A stretch of 64,000 nucleotides of DNA from the NCBI GenBank assembly GCA_964035545.1, contig OZ037767.1:16799781-16863780 (forward strand), written 5' to 3'. Position 1 is the stretch's first letter; every line of letters begins with the position of its first letter. The position numbers were made by a program, and so were the translations under genes. Positions 1 through 14,138 of this stretch are shown one piece after another. Below the pieces are notes generated by a model. The model did not search any database and had not been told where the DNA came from. It saw nothing but the letters and a program-made list of their open reading frames with translations. The DNA comes from Bugula neritina. Its lineage: Eukaryota; Animalia; Bryozoa.

Positions 1-111
1 TTCATTTTCCGTGGTTTGAAATACTCCAAAGACAGGGTTGGATAATTTCGAAGTCCTTGAGCTTTGCTCACTATTCCATCATAGCCCCAGTTCCATTGTC
101 TGTTGCTGTAG

Positions 112-3100
112 GCGAGTGGGGAGTTGGAGGAGAAGCCGAAACCCCGAAAGACGAGGAAACCTTCCAGAAGAGTCATAAAGAGTGACCAGGCGCCAGATAC
201 GGGCACCATGACGGTAAAGGACCTGCTGTACTATCAGCCAATGAGCAATCCTCTGCCACAGAGGTGGGTCTCTGTCTGTTTGCTGTGTAGCCTTAGGGGT
301 CCGGGGAGATGGTAGGCTGCTCAGGGAATAGCCCTACTCTGACTGAGTATTCATGTTTGTTTCATAGAGAGAACAAAATGGCTGCGAAGAGGAGAGAGAA
401 GCCCGCTGCAGAGTCCGACACTCTTTCACAGCAGCAGGAAAAGACCAATGAGGTGTCAGCTGACAGTGCTGCAGCCAATCAGAATCCAGATAATGACGAG
501 CTAGCCCCTCAGGTACACTTTGACCGTCTCTTCGCATGCTGTATGTGGTTGTGGAAGGTGTGTATGAGTACTTTATAACACAAGGACGTAGCAGGTTACA
601 CCTGATGGCGTTGTAATGGGAATTGAGTGTGTGTGTCGTAGCCTTCTGTCCTACATTTAGCTACAACCACTGTGTTCTCCTGTTGATTCAGCTAACTATA
701 GGAGAAGACGGGCAGATTGTTGTTGATGAACAGAGTCTAATTATTGAGAATCAAGAAGAGCCAACTGAGTATGTAGACGTGGTGAGTTGTCTACCCTTTT
801 TCTGAATACCTTGATATACTATGATGTAGTATACACTATACTGTACTGTGATACAATATACTGTAGTACAACATATACTATACTGTGATGTAATGCACTG
901 TGATATAATGTACTGTAGTACAATATACTATGATATGATATATGATATATTTTAACGAGCTTTTATTTTAAATAGTCTAACAGAGTTTTGACTTTTTCTC
1001 TTAATTTTGTTCATGCCTAGTTATGTTATAATCAGCATTTACACTGAATTTTGCAACGTGTTGTCATGTTTGTGATATGTAATAAATCAATCAATCAATA
1101 CTGTGATATAATATACTATAATATGCTGTGATATAATATAAGGCACTATATTGTTCATATAATGTAATTAACTATAACATTCCTTTTATGTTTATTAAAA
1201 ATTTTTATGACAAAATTCACAATATATATTAAATGTCCCTCATACCATATTGTGCTATACTGCTGTTGGTCTTAACAAATGCTGTGTGACCCTCAACATA
1301 ACTACAGTATTATATTTCAACAGGTGGACTCAGATAGAGTTACTACGTACACCAGCTTCAGGTCTAGAAAACCCACCAAGTTCTGGACACAGTACGAGAC
1401 CAGACAGTTCTACAAGGCACTCAGTTCAATTGGTGAGTGGGTGGGGTTAAACAGAAAATTGGCGTGGCTAAGCAGCAAGTTGGGGGTTTCTAAGTAGAAA
1501 GATCGTTAAATAGACCAGTTGAATTGCAAAATTTGTAAATAAACTGGAGAAAACTTAGGTTGTTGAGTAATGTAATGTTGACAAACTTGAAAGTTGTGCC
1601 ACACAGGTATTACTCAGGTGTCACACAGGTGTCACACACGTTACACTGGTGTGTTTCAGGTACAGACTTTAGTCTCATGTGCCAACTCTTCCCTAATCGC
1701 AACAGAAGTGAGTTAAAAAGGAAGTTCAAGAGGGAGGAGAAGATAAATCCCGCCAAGATAGAGCTGGCCTTGAGTGGAAAACTCAACTTTGAAGTTGAAC
1801 CATTCCCCGAGGAGGAAGTGGCTCCACAAGAGACCAAGAAGAAAGGGAAACCAAAGAAGGAAGATAACGTTAGTAGATCATCAGCCAGCTGTCACCATAT
1901 TGTATGTGTCACATGAGGTGTCACACTACTTTGTGTGTCACATGAGGTGTCACACTACTTTGTGTGTCACATGAGGTGTCATACTGTGCTGTATGTGTCA
2001 CATGAGGTGTCATACTGTGCTGTATGTGTCACATGAGGTGTCACACTGCTTTGTGTGTCACACGAGTTGTCACACTCTGCTGTGTGTGTCACATGAGGTG
2101 TCATACTGTAGTTGATATATGTAGCATTAATATCTGTTTGTAGCGTAAGAGAAGAGGAGGATCAATGTACAGAACGTATTATGACCTTGAAAATGTTAAC
2201 AAGTTCAAACAGGACATGACTGAGAAACGGCGTTATGGAGTGGTGAGTATAGTCCTTTCTGGTGAGTGGGTGTGTCTACATTGTAGAGTGGGTGTGTCCA
2301 CCTTGTAGTGTGGGTGTGTCTACATTGTAGTATGGGTGTGTCTACATTGTAGAGGGGGTGTGTCTACATTGTAGTGTGGGTGTGTCTACATTGTAGATTT
2401 GGTGTGACTACATTGTAAACTGGGTTTGGGGTTTGGCAATGAAATGAATAAATATATATATAAATATATATTCAAGGGTCAAATTCAGAACGAGTACACT
2501 TTATATTATTTTTGGTCATTTTTACAGCATTTCAATAACATTGCACACTTGCGTAAACATGATTACATTAAAAGTCCTCAATAATTCTGCTATATTAGAA
2601 TCATTTCCAATTGTGGCAATGATGGTACTCAAAATAATCCATTACTTATCCTCTCAGTCAGTTGATGCGTTTTGTAGACCACAGGCTTGTCTCGTGATGC
2701 TAGCGCAATGCAACTTCCTCCCATGAAGATGAGGGTAAGAGTTAATTCTACTAGTACTGCTACTACCACTACTACTACTATTACTACTAGTACCACTACT
2801 ACTACTACTACTACTGCTACTACTACTACTACTACTACTGCTGCTACTGCTGCTGCTACTACTACTACTACTAGTACTACTACTACTAGTATAACTACTA
2901 CTACTATTGCTACTACATACTCTGTATAGTAACTACTACTAGTACTACTACAACTAAATAATACTTTCTCACAGAGAGCAGGTATAGAAGACGTCCCACA
3001 AACACCTGGCAGCAAACAGCTGATGCTCGCTGACCCAGTCAACAACAACTCTTCTGCTGAGAACTCCCAGCTCACGACTCCGGAACCTTCCATGAGACCT

Positions 3101-3748
3101 CCTCCGGTGGCCATCATACCTGCCAACACCAAACCCATCCCCGCCATATCCACTCTCCTGAATCAGGACGAGCAGATCAACCAGAGAATCACCAACTTTG
3201 TAGTCTCGGGTGGGGGCAGTACGTTCACCACCAGCAACTCGGAGCTCGTGACCTTGACACCGCTATACAAACTCAGCAGCGGGGAGATGGTGATGGTGAG
3301 GACTCAGAAGGTTGCAGACTCTGATAAGAAGGTGCATCACCTGTATTTGTATACACCGCCCCAACCCGACGGCTCCGGGAACTCGGCTAAGCCTCTCACT
3401 AGTCCAATCACTGTGCCCAATCTCAGTAACTTCCTCGCTACTCTACCTCAAATACTCGAAGCTGGCCAATCCTCATCCAGTACACAGAATCACATGCCAG
3501 TAATCAACGAATCAGACACTGGCTCTGAGCCGTCTCAGCCAATCACAGCACCTGTAACTTCTCACTCGGTGCCTTCACAGTTGACTCGATTGACTACTCC
3601 CTCGCCTGTCAAACCAAGTCGGTCTCTGGAATCACGTAGCGTAGGTTCTATCTCTAAAGACTTGGGGTATTCATGCAGCCCCCCTACCAGCTCCTTGTAT
3701 TCGGAACCCTCACTTAGAGGCAAAGTTCTTTCTATTTGTGATATGTAG
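112..3748 (+). CDS. BDP1: TFIIIB B'' subunit (BDP1), 3' exons only; approx. exons 112-263, 369-512, 692-781, 1324-1432, 1660-1868, 2144-2241, 2975-3748
   Basis: Spliced exons give MTVKDLLYYQPMSNP, APQL-TIGEDGQIVVDEQSL and the Bdp1 SANT/Myb domain FWTQYETRQFYKALSSIGTDFSLMCQLFPNRNRSELKRKFKREEKINP; GT-AG boundaries; AATAAA near 4357. The 5' end lies outside the window. Confidence 0.88.
1905..2108. repeat. Intronic ~29-30 bp minisatellite (tgtgtcacatgaggtgtcacact...)
   Basis: About 7 direct copies visible. Confidence 0.9.
2262..2420. repeat. Intronic 23-bp minisatellite (gtgggtgtgtctacattgtagt)
   Basis: About 6 direct copies just after a BDP1 donor. Confidence 0.85.
2745..2960. repeat. (CTA)n-type microsatellite
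   Basis: Imperfect ACT triplets; explains the poly-Thr/poly-Val ORFs. Confidence 0.95.
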
Positions 3749-3847
3749 CATTAGGTGCTCATTATATTGTATAACTAGTCAGATTAGGAATATATTTGTT
3801 CAATTAATCTTGATATACTGCAATCAGTAACGTAAGTAGGTAATTTA

Positions 3848-4203
3848 ATAATGCATTACTTTGTTGCACAGTAATGCATTGCTCTATTGTACAGTAATGC
3901 ATTACTCTATTGTACTGTAACACAATACTTTATTGTACTTTAATGCATTACTTTATTGTACTGTAATGCATTACTCAACTGTACTGTAATGCATTACTCA
4001 ACTGTACTGTAATGCATTACTCTATTGTACTGTAACACAATACTTTATTGTACTGTAATGCATTACTCTATTGTACTGTAACACAGTACTTCATTGTACT
4101 GTAATGCATTACTCTATTGTACTGTAACACAGTACTTCATTGTACTGTAATGCATTACTCAACTGTACTGTAATGCATTACTCTATTACATAGTAATGCA
4201 TTA
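3848..4203. repeat. ~25-bp minisatellite in BDP1 3' UTR (gtaatgcattactctattgtact)
   Basis: About 14 imperfect copies, each with a palindromic gtaatgcattac core. Confidence 0.9.
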
Positions 4204-4743
4204 TGTTCATTTGGTGTAAGCTATTTCTTACTACATTTATAATACTGTAGACTCATATAATACTCAAGTACCACACATATATATTCAGTACGGCCCCTCA
4301 TCTGTATACCTGATGTAGATTATAGTTGCTCACAGTTTAAAGCTGTGAAAGACTAAAATAAAATCATTATCACGACTCTGGTGACTGAATGAGTTTTATT
4401 ACAACATTGCTATTAGTTTCTGACTAGTTTCTAACAATGTCGTCACACATCTTACTAACTTCTGATTCATTCCAAGGCATTGTATTTGATTAATCTGATG
4501 CACATTCAACAGACACACTTCTCAAATGACAGTCATTGCAGTGATGTAGAATTATATAGCTCAAAACTAACATATATGTATTACAAAGCTGTTTCTGTCG
4601 ATACTACAGCTCCAAGTACAGCAGATGTTTGCTATTTCCATACATATAGGGAGTTGTCATATCTTTAGATGGAGAAAGTTAATGCTAGCTGCTAGCCAAG
4701 GTATCTTGGCAGGTGATGCTTATTGGCTAATTTTGTCCATCTT

Positions 4744-7494
4744 CTAATTAAGTATATTGGATAAGACTCCCAACCAAATGTCGACATTGTAATCCCGAGG
4801 TCTACATTCCAGTATATCTAGCAAGTAAGTATTAGTAATCACTACCATGTGTAACAAGAGTTGACATCAATACGTTCTATTATACGAACCCATGAAAGTC
4901 ACTAAGCTGTCGGTCTTGAAACCTAACTCGGTGATAAATTAGAATACCGGAGTTAACTAAAGGATTTGCTAAATTCGGCCATTTTGTTTCATACATGCAT
5001 ATTAAAGGCACAAAACAGGGGTCCAAGCCCTTTCTTCTAAGGGAATTAATAAAAAATGGATCTATGAGATAAGACTGAGCACTGTATTGTAAATATATCA
5101 TGCATAGAGTTGTCTGCACTACTAAATAACCACTTTCAAAGATGCCAGACTATGTTATACACTACAATACTCGTATTGTATGATGGCACAGCTGCGTGTC
5201 TATTTACCTTTAGCAGTAGTAAGTCTGAGATAGCTTCTTTCGCTGCTAGTAAACTGTTTCCACTGTGTAGAACCTCTGGCAACATTCATCTGGCTGGGTG
5301 GATATCTACAAGTGAGATCTTCAGATGCTCAGTGTATACACTATAATGAATACTCTATATTCTAATAAGAGATAAATATATGATATAGCTATACTCTATA
5401 GTCTATAGGGAGCAGCCGTGGTCTAGGGGTTAGAGTACTTGGCTTAGTAAACACAAAGTCATAGAGGTCGAAATCCGACAAAGGCCATTGGTGATGTTAG
5501 GAAGAGCATCCAGTAATAATTGCTCCTGTGCCCCATCTGAGTAAGTCCTTAGCCCGATTTAACAAAAAAACTTTCCATCATGCATTTCCCACAGGGATGA
5601 CGATTATATAAACTTGCATGAGTTTTTTTATATATAGTTATATTCTATATATTATATTATGCTGTATTAGATGAAGATATTGTTACCCATGTTTAGCAAA
5701 GCCTGTCCAGTAGCTCACTAAACCGTGAGACAGATCCAACTCAGCTTGAGAGAAGTTGGCAGGTCCGGTAAAGTCGGGCTAAAACAGGTACCATACTAAC
5801 AGTAATTATATACTAGGTTCACAGGCTACAACAGGTACCATACTAGCAGTAATTATATACTAGGTTTACAGGCTAAAAGATATAACATCAAGGAATATTC
5901 TAGATCTTTCAGTATATCCTTATGGTACCTCCTGTAATATCTCATCACAGGCAGGTAATATATTTTATTGGCGCACAAGCGGAGTAGAATATTAGTCTGT
6001 CTGTACGTCCAAAATATGTGTTGAGTTAGTATAAAGTATGTGATAGAATAGTGTAACGCATGGACTACAGCTAATAGCTGTGCTATAACATGTACAATAA
6101 TGTTATGTCACTATAGTATATTATATTAGTATTATATTTATATTATATTGACGTTATATAACATATATTATATGATTAGCAATAACTGTAAAACATGCCA
6201 TCAGAATTATCGTAAAGTCTCACGAGAAGAGAGAATTATCGTAAAGTCTCACGAGAAGAGAGAATTATTGTAAAGTCTCACGAGAAGAGAGAATTATCGT
6301 AAAGTCTCACGAGAAAAGAGAATTATCGTAAAGTCTCACGAGAAGAGAGAAGATAAACTGAAGCTCATCAGTATGACTTGCACTGGTCTTGAGCCAATCT
6401 GGCCCGGCATCTGTGGGTGAAGGTCGTTCGGGTTTATGATCAAACTCGTAGTAATATGTAAACTTCCTGTCTGTCTGTTCCTTTGTCAGGTCGGCGTGAA
6501 GTAGAGCCAAATGTATCTGTGGTATTTTCAGTACGAAATCTCCTAAAATATGATATTATACTGCAGCTTATAGATGAAAACTAAATGGACTCGTCTGCAT
6601 TACATGCAGATTTTGCAAATGGTGTGCCAATTTTTATCATATGCTTGAACTACAGCTATGCAACTGCTACATCAGTGTGTCAGTTACAAGGTGTCTATAC
6701 AAATATGGGTGGAGGTTTTGTATTTATACTTTTAAACCTGGCAAAATGCTGAAAGGAGGGTTTTACATCCTATGAGCATTGCTATAGCATATTCAAACTA
6801 TTTATACATGTACTGCTATAGCATATTCAACTATAAAAATACTTCTATAGCATATGCAACTAGTCTATAAACTTATTAGCAGCTATAGCACATGCAATTG
6901 GTCTATGAACATACTGCTATATAGCATAAACAATTGGTCTATAAACCTACTGCTATAGTAGCCTGCATATAGATTACCTATAAACTCAGTGCTATATTTC
7001 AAATTCCTCTCCATTTCAGTTCTGTTTTCCATCCCCTGGAAAGGCCGACTGTAGAAAGAAGTAAGCATATCTGTCATACAGTGCAGGCAAGATGTATTCG
7101 TAACCAGAGGCTGTATCGTGTGACCCTGCATTGCATTGTGGTATTGTGTTGTGGTGACTCCACGGCTAATGTCTCGGGAAGGGAATATATAGGGTAGCAT
7201 CACAATCCCCTCGTCTCCGTTGTGACCAATCAGGATGTCGTATGACGCCAAATCCCCAACTTTATCTTTGATAGCTTCAACACCGAACCTGTATGTATGC
7301 ATTCTTATATATATTATGATATGTGTGCTGTGTATATGACATATTCTTATATATATTATGTGTATTCTAGGCTATGAGCATAATAAGTTGTGTATTATAT
7401 ATACTATGTAGAGTGTAGACTGTATGTATACACGCATTTCATGCTCTACATAATTTATAATACAAGTATTTCACACATGTGCAAGCGCACACGT

Positions 7495-7584
<90 letters not shown>

Positions 7585-10372
7585 CAGTTGCTATATTCAC
7601 AAACACCCTTATGTTTGTATGAATAATAATTTCATACAAACCAATTTGGATCTTATACCTTATACTTGTACTGTATGTTAACAGTAGTAATTAATAGTCA
7701 CTGTTTTAGTTTACAACTTTGAAGAACTACTGGAAGAATATCCAGGGAGTAATCAAAAGCACTATAATGTAAGGCATCAGCTTACAGCTATGATACAAGT
7801 TTCTAATGCTACAGCTCACCATCTCACAGAGTTCAGGATGTCGTGGAAAGTTTCAAACAAGAAGTAGCTGAATAACTTGCTTCAACTCAATTATTTTCTA
7901 CGATTAATTAGGGTCGTCTAGGTCCCACTCTGTACAAGTAACACAGAAACTCGAAGACCTCAGCTATACTTTAAAGCTCAAACCTATAATATCTGTCGAG
8001 GATTTCCAGAGAGTCCAGAGGCATGTAGGAGTCTCCGGTAGTTGGCCAAAAAGTCACACCTGATTGGCTCGCAGCTGTGACCAGTGAATGTGACTCCATT
8101 CCCTTCAAACAATCTAGCAGTGACCTTTGTGACCTTGTAGTGGAGTTTGCTTCTAGACAACCTCCAGCCTTAGCCACCCGCCACACTGCGAGTATAAAAC
8201 AGAGTAGGCTAACATGTGAAAGAATCATATATAGTACAAGTACATGAGTCCCTAGCAGACTGTGCTGGGAATTGTTGATGTAGAAACTCAACATCTCAAT
8301 AATGTGCTGTAAGTGAGCTCTAACCAATCTCTTGAGTGCAATGATGTCTACACATAAAAGTGAGCACAACGATGTCTACAAAGAGTCTAATACCTGCTTC
8401 GTCTCTTTCATTCAAAGTTTTGTCTCCATTCAGCACAGCCCCACTCTGTAGAATAGCTCTGGAAAACAAGGTACTATTGACTTCTGGACTTATCTACAAC
8501 ACGTAATATATATTTACCATATATCAATAGTGATTTTAGGTATAAAGGGCACAGGTAAAATGGCACAAATGGAAAAGTAGGAAAAAATGGTACACTGATG
8601 TTAAATTTTCCCAAACATCAAACTGAAACCCTCAACCCCAAGCCTAAACCTTCATCCTACACGCCCAATCCCACCATAAACCCTAATATTGAAAATGTGT
8701 CATTTTTACCTACTTTGCCATTTGTGCCATTGTTGCCTGTGCCATTTTTACTGTGCTATTTTTACCGGGCACCAGTAATAGCTGATATCAAAGAACTAAG
8801 TCTAAGTTTTACTGATCTCATATGGTCTAAAGCTACTTTACCAGGTGACAGGAAATAGAAATGGCTCCTGCTGACTCTCCAAACACGGTGATGCTGTCGC
8901 TATCTCCCCCAAACGCTTCAATATTATTGCGTATCCACTGCAGAGCTAGCCTCTGGTCCCAAAGTCCAAGGTTAGCAGGTGTTTCACCTTGTGTGTATAG
9001 GAAACCAAAAGTCCCCAGTCTATATTGCAGAACTACGACTACTACATCTCCCCTTTCACTCAGCAAGCTGCCTGCAGTAGTAACGTAAGGGTTACGTAGG
9101 TCAGTGGTGAGGGTAGTGGTTGGGTGGCATATTATAACATTGTAGCTATCTTAGGTTTTAGTTAATCAGCATTTCTTTCACATAAACAAAAATATTGCAT
9201 GATCAGCATGCTACGAATAGAAAGATGTTACTTTAATCAGTTGCTCAAGACAGTTCCTAGCTAAATATCGTTGGTTACAAAATCAAAGAATAAGTTATAT
9301 TACAAGAAGGCTTCAAGGGGGGAGGAGGTGAGAAAATTACCAACTGCAGTTCAAAATTTGAAGTAGGCTCTAAACTCAAACTGACTTTCAAAAAGCTTAG
9401 AGTTTCCAGAAAGAAATCCTCCGCCATGGATCCACACCATAACAGCCCGTCTGCTGGCAACGTTTGTTTTATTCTCTATGAGCGGCACAGGAGTGTATAT
9501 ATCAAGGGTAAGACAGTCTTCTGACATCTCCTCCAGGGGGAATAGATCCGTCACTGGATGTTGCATACAACTCTTTCCATACTGGGTGGCATCCTTCACA
9601 CCTGATGTGTACCGGCAGCATTTAGGGGTCAGTCAGCATCAATATACAAAGATGTCTAACATTTCATCATGGCTAATAAAAAGTAGATATCAATTAAGCT
9701 TCCAGCTATTATACTAACTATAAATAACATACAGGCATATTTGTTGGTTTTTCACTTCAATAATAAATGTAACTAACAGCTTTATTCTTTTTACTGCATG
9801 GAGTTATTTCTCCCGGTGTTTGGGTGGGAGTTGAACACATTATATGAAATACTGCTCAAGAGTTTCAAATTAACCAAGATTAATTGCATGGCTTCTACTT
9901 TAGTGGAACTACAAAATTTATACAGAATTATAGGTTCTTAACATAGCTTTGTAGACAAAATATTGATATTTGGAGATTATATAATATTTCTCCGCTATAA
10001 AAGAATGTTTTAATTGTGTTATACAACAATGATATATAATAACTGTCATCAGGAAATACAATAACTTACCATAATATTGCATGACTGTAACATTGGTTAT
10101 GCAATGACATATGATTATTTATAATAAACGTATCACAATGCATGTCATAAGGAGTTACCTTCCCATGGACTCACGAGCTCAGCCTTCTCAAACCGTTTAG
10201 GTGGGTTAGCATAAGGAATAGCCAAAAATCTGTACACTTGATTACTGCGATTAGACAACGCTCCTACAACTGCCCCCGAAGCTGTAGTTACAGTTACATT
10301 CTCCTGAGCTGATAGTGCAATCAGTGAGGCCCAGTATGTGAGTAGTGACAGCAGGTACTTGTTTCTAATCAT
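4744..10372 (-). CDS. Secreted type-B carboxylesterase (cholinesterase/COesterase family), about 11 coding exons
   Basis: Signal-like MIRNKYLLSLLTYWASLIALSA; FLAIPYANPP; SEDCLTLDIY; VWIHGGGF oxyanion hole; VQ/LQYRLGTFGFL; NLGLWDQRLALQWI; catalytic FGESAG (Ser), GHNGDEG (Glu), ASHTDEL (His); YWTGFAKHGYP. Phase-compatible junctions were checked for several exons; the stop at 4744 is inferred. Confidence 0.9.
5408..5630 (+). mobile_element. tRNA-derived SINE in a carboxylesterase intron (antisense to host)
   Basis: Pol III A box (tggtctagggg, ~5419) and B-box-like ggtcgaaatcc (~5466), followed by a non-tRNA body (aggaagagcatccag...); no full cloverleaf. The 3' end is approximate. Confidence 0.65.
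6203..6350 (-). repeat. 29-bp tandem repeat straddling a carboxylesterase splice donor
   Basis: Unit on minus strand is ctcttctc|GTGAGActttacgataattct, 5 copies; true exon boundary at 6340. Confidence 0.9.
7497..7576. repeat. (CA)n microsatellite
   Basis: Perfect CA run. Confidence 0.99.
8539..8773. mobile_element. Short non-autonomous inverted-repeat element (MITE- or HINE-like) in intron
   Basis: ggcacaggtaaaatggcacaaatggaaaagtaggaaaaaatggtacac (8548-8595) is an imperfect inverted repeat of 8697-8743, enclosing degenerate ccctaa-like repeats; superfamily uncertain. Confidence 0.55.
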
Positions 10373-11906
10373 TATAAGCAGAGACACTGCAAGAAATACA
10401 TAGTATATTCATGTTGACTTCTGAGCACCTGAGAGGACCTGTCACATGTGTAGCTGTCACTCATACAAGGGATAGCTTTTGATTATGACAGGCAGGTTCA
10501 GATGATGTCATACTGCCTCTATGGTAGCAGATTATAATGTTACAAAACTACACAGAAGATATACTAAAAACTAAAATGTATTTTAACACAAAAGTTTTAG
10601 GTTATTTCAGCAAAAATAGCTAGTATTTAGCATTCTGTGAATGGCAGAAATATTAATTAGTAAGTGGTAAAATGATTTTAAATCTTCCTTAAAATATTAT
10701 ACAGTAAAGAAACTGATATAAATAACATACTTATTATGATGAAAGCCTAGAGTATTCATGAAATATGCATAGCCTATAAGGCTACATAGCTATTAAGCCT
10801 ATTATATACGGTCTATAAAGCTAGTACTTAACCTTACATTGTGCTAATCATAAGAAATACCCTCTACTTACCAGCAAGTATAGTCTTAAACTCAACACTC
10901 TAGTGAGGCATATAATATCTCTCTACAGATAGTACTCTTTGTCACTGGAGGTAGTAACTGATAGATTCATTCCATATCTTGTCATATGTTATCATGATAC
11001 ACCATGAGCTGATAAACTGATAACAGTTGATATATCCGTTCCAAATGTAGCTAATTCTAAAATAGATTTACAATGAACTAGCTAGCATGAATATTAGTTG
11101 CCATCTATTCCTGTGTAAAGAATACATTAAAAATGCCATTAATGTTTTTATGGCATGTGATTTATTATTTAGTGAATGCATGAAGAGATTCTGTATTAAA
11201 TATGACAAGACAGTGACATGTTGTTTACAAATGGCTGGAAAAGTTCAAACAAGCAGAAAGTTACAATGTAACTGTATATATAATATACCTGCTATATGAT
11301 AGTCCATGATATTTTCTATTCTCTCTCTCTTGCAGTCAGTCGATACGACTATGACTGTTTTATGGATCTATTTCTATTATACTGGATCAAAGCCAAATGT
11401 CTTCATGCAAATTTTACTTTTGCACCCAGTTTTGTGAAAGCTATTTATAGCTATATTAGAGATCTTCCAGCTTTGGTCGATTAACATCTTTGCAAGCTAT
11501 ACCATATTTCTGGAACTTATGTGACCAGTTTTATTATTTTAAGTTTTTAATTAATGAAGTGCATACACATTCGTATAGGTAAGTGTGTAATAGCAGATGT
11601 AATGTATATATACTTAAAAACTGACATTAAATTTGTTTTAAAAATGGAAGATATAGCCAATAGATTGACTTTTTAGCTCCAGTCGTTTGCTTGTTGGTTC
11701 TACATAAAAAATTCACTCAAGTTTATAGTAGCCATCTCTGTGAGAAAACTCTTCATGGAAGAAGCTTTTGTTAAACTAATTTTCTTCTTGTATACACAAT
11801 TTGGTCAGCTTTACAAAAAATGCAAACCTATATATACACATTAATTAATATTTGTAGGTATTGATTACAAGAATTATGCATTTATTCATATTATAATTAA
11901 TTTAAG

Positions 11907-12034
<128 letters not shown>

Positions 12035-12439
12035 TATTGTTAGTATGAATTCTATTGGTTGCTTATTTTTTCACTGTTATTGCATCTGCAAGAGTAATTT
12101 CTGCATTTGTTATCATTAAGTTAGTAACTTGTTACTATAGAAACCGGAGATGCATTCTTGACACGTGATGTATGGGATTAATATTTACAAAAGGTTGACA
12201 GAAATGAAAGTGTAACCTCCTTATTCACTCTGAAGTTTACAGTGTTTCAGGGAAAGATAACCCTATATCACAAATTGTTGAGATAGATCTGGATAATAAA
12301 TCATTAAACGAGAATCACTAAAACAAAATTAAGTAGACTGTGTTTTTTAATACCAGCTTTTTTTTTGAAGAAAAGTCCCCGTAATTATTCACTACACCCT
12401 CATCTACAACGAAATACAATCAAGCTAGTTCCAACGCTA

Positions 12440-12537
12440 AAATACTGCGCGGAAAGTTTGTACACAAATTTCTACATTAGCAGATTTCGCAGTTGTGCAA
12501 AGTTGGTTGTCTGAATCCAAGCTCAAAGAAGGTTTAG
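12440..12537 (+). promoter_or_regulatory. Candidate ERCC6L promoter and non-coding first exon with E2F-like site
   Basis: GCGCGGAAA (12447-12455, E2F consensus) in a locally CpG-containing patch; donor-like gaag|gtttag at ~12532; the first coding exon has an acceptor directly before ATG 14139. Confidence 0.4.
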
Positions 12538-14138
12538 CCAACAGTCACTGTGATTCTTCATCATTGTATAATAATTATTAATAATTTTAGTTACATGCTA
12601 TGTAAATGAAAATAATCTGTCCTATGTAAATTGTAATCGTAATCATAATGGTAGTGATGTCTGATGAGTGATGTGTCAACGACAACTGTCGTAATAGTTA
12701 TACTTATACTTATAGTAATACTAATACTAATAATAATAGTACTACTATTACTATCAGTATTAGTAATAGTAATACTAATAGTAATAGTAATAATAAGTTT
12801 AATAGTATTAGTTTAATACTTATATTAATAGTTATGTAATACTAATACTAATAGTACTACTATTAGTATTACTATTACTATTAGTATTACTGTTAGTATA
12901 AGTAACTTAGTATTACTATTACATCATTATGATTATGTAATGTTTTAATCCAATCATGTAACCAGTAAAACTAAATCAAAATGTAATGTATGTTAACACT
13001 TGCATAAATTCAAGCAGTTCTTGAAATGCACTAATCTGAGTAAGCTGTATCAGTATGTAACTAAAGTGTAATGTTTCTAAATCTATGTAAGACTATTTAA
13101 TTTTATCTAGTAGTAGTACTACACCCTGCAGCTGTAATGATCATCAAGCAAGCAAGCAAATGTGCTAACCATTACACCACGGGGTAAACCCATCACTACA
13201 ATTTTTATTTTGATATCTCACTCTGTTAGTGTTACAATATGATACTGATATTGAATATTACTCATTCACTCACTGGTTTAGTTTTACTTTTATTTTAAGT
13301 GATTACATTTACTGATTTGTGATTATGAATGATCATCATCATATTGATATTCATTATGATTACATTTAACATTTTACTGATCACTGATTGGTGAATAACT
13401 CAATAAGAATATGACTGTCATTATCACATTGTCATTGTGAATATTAGATTTATAATATTAATAATAATAATGATTATTATGCATTTAAAATTCGTTTTAA
13501 ATTTATGACTATCATTATCATACTCATAATATCACTATCAACTTCACTTTCAAAGTATTATCATAAATAGCTGTTATTCACATTTAATCCTATGCATATC
13601 GATGTTCAGATTGATCTTATATTTTATTTGTTTGTTACCTACATTATTACTATAATAACAATAACAAATTGTTGAACAATATCAGTATGAGTATAGCAGT
13701 TAGCAGTAAAACTAAATGTATAGTTATAATATAAATATAATAATTATTTAATTACTTAAAATATAAAATGTAGTCTTAATATTGTCTATTGCCACTGGTA
13801 GTGATTCTTATACCTGTGCTGAAAGTCCATTTAGTAGCAAATAAAAATAAAAAAGCTGCTCAGTAGAGCAGATAGTAAACATTTTCATAGGCTACATGCA
13901 GATGGCGTTGCTATTGCTAGGATAGTTTTTTCCTATGACTCATCTTATAAGTTGTATTTTATTACTACAATTATTGATAGAATGAAATTAAATGAAAATA
14001 AAATGTCTCACACATTCATACTTTTTTGGTGGTATCTCATTTAATATATCATAGTTGATGATATCTCAGTTGATGATGTCATAGTTGATGATATCTCAGT
14101 TGATGATGTCATAGTTGATGATATGTCATAGTTACAGG

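Noticed and set aside
2629-2929. Poly-Val and poly-Thr ORFs (also 42363-42807)
   Set aside because: Triplet microsatellites in introns.
5408-5490. tRNA gene
   Set aside because: A and B boxes are present, but there is no complete cloverleaf or T-run terminator, and the sequence continues into a SINE-like body.
13150-13185. tRNA or SINE head on the minus strand
   Set aside because: Only an A-box-like fragment; no B box or body visible.
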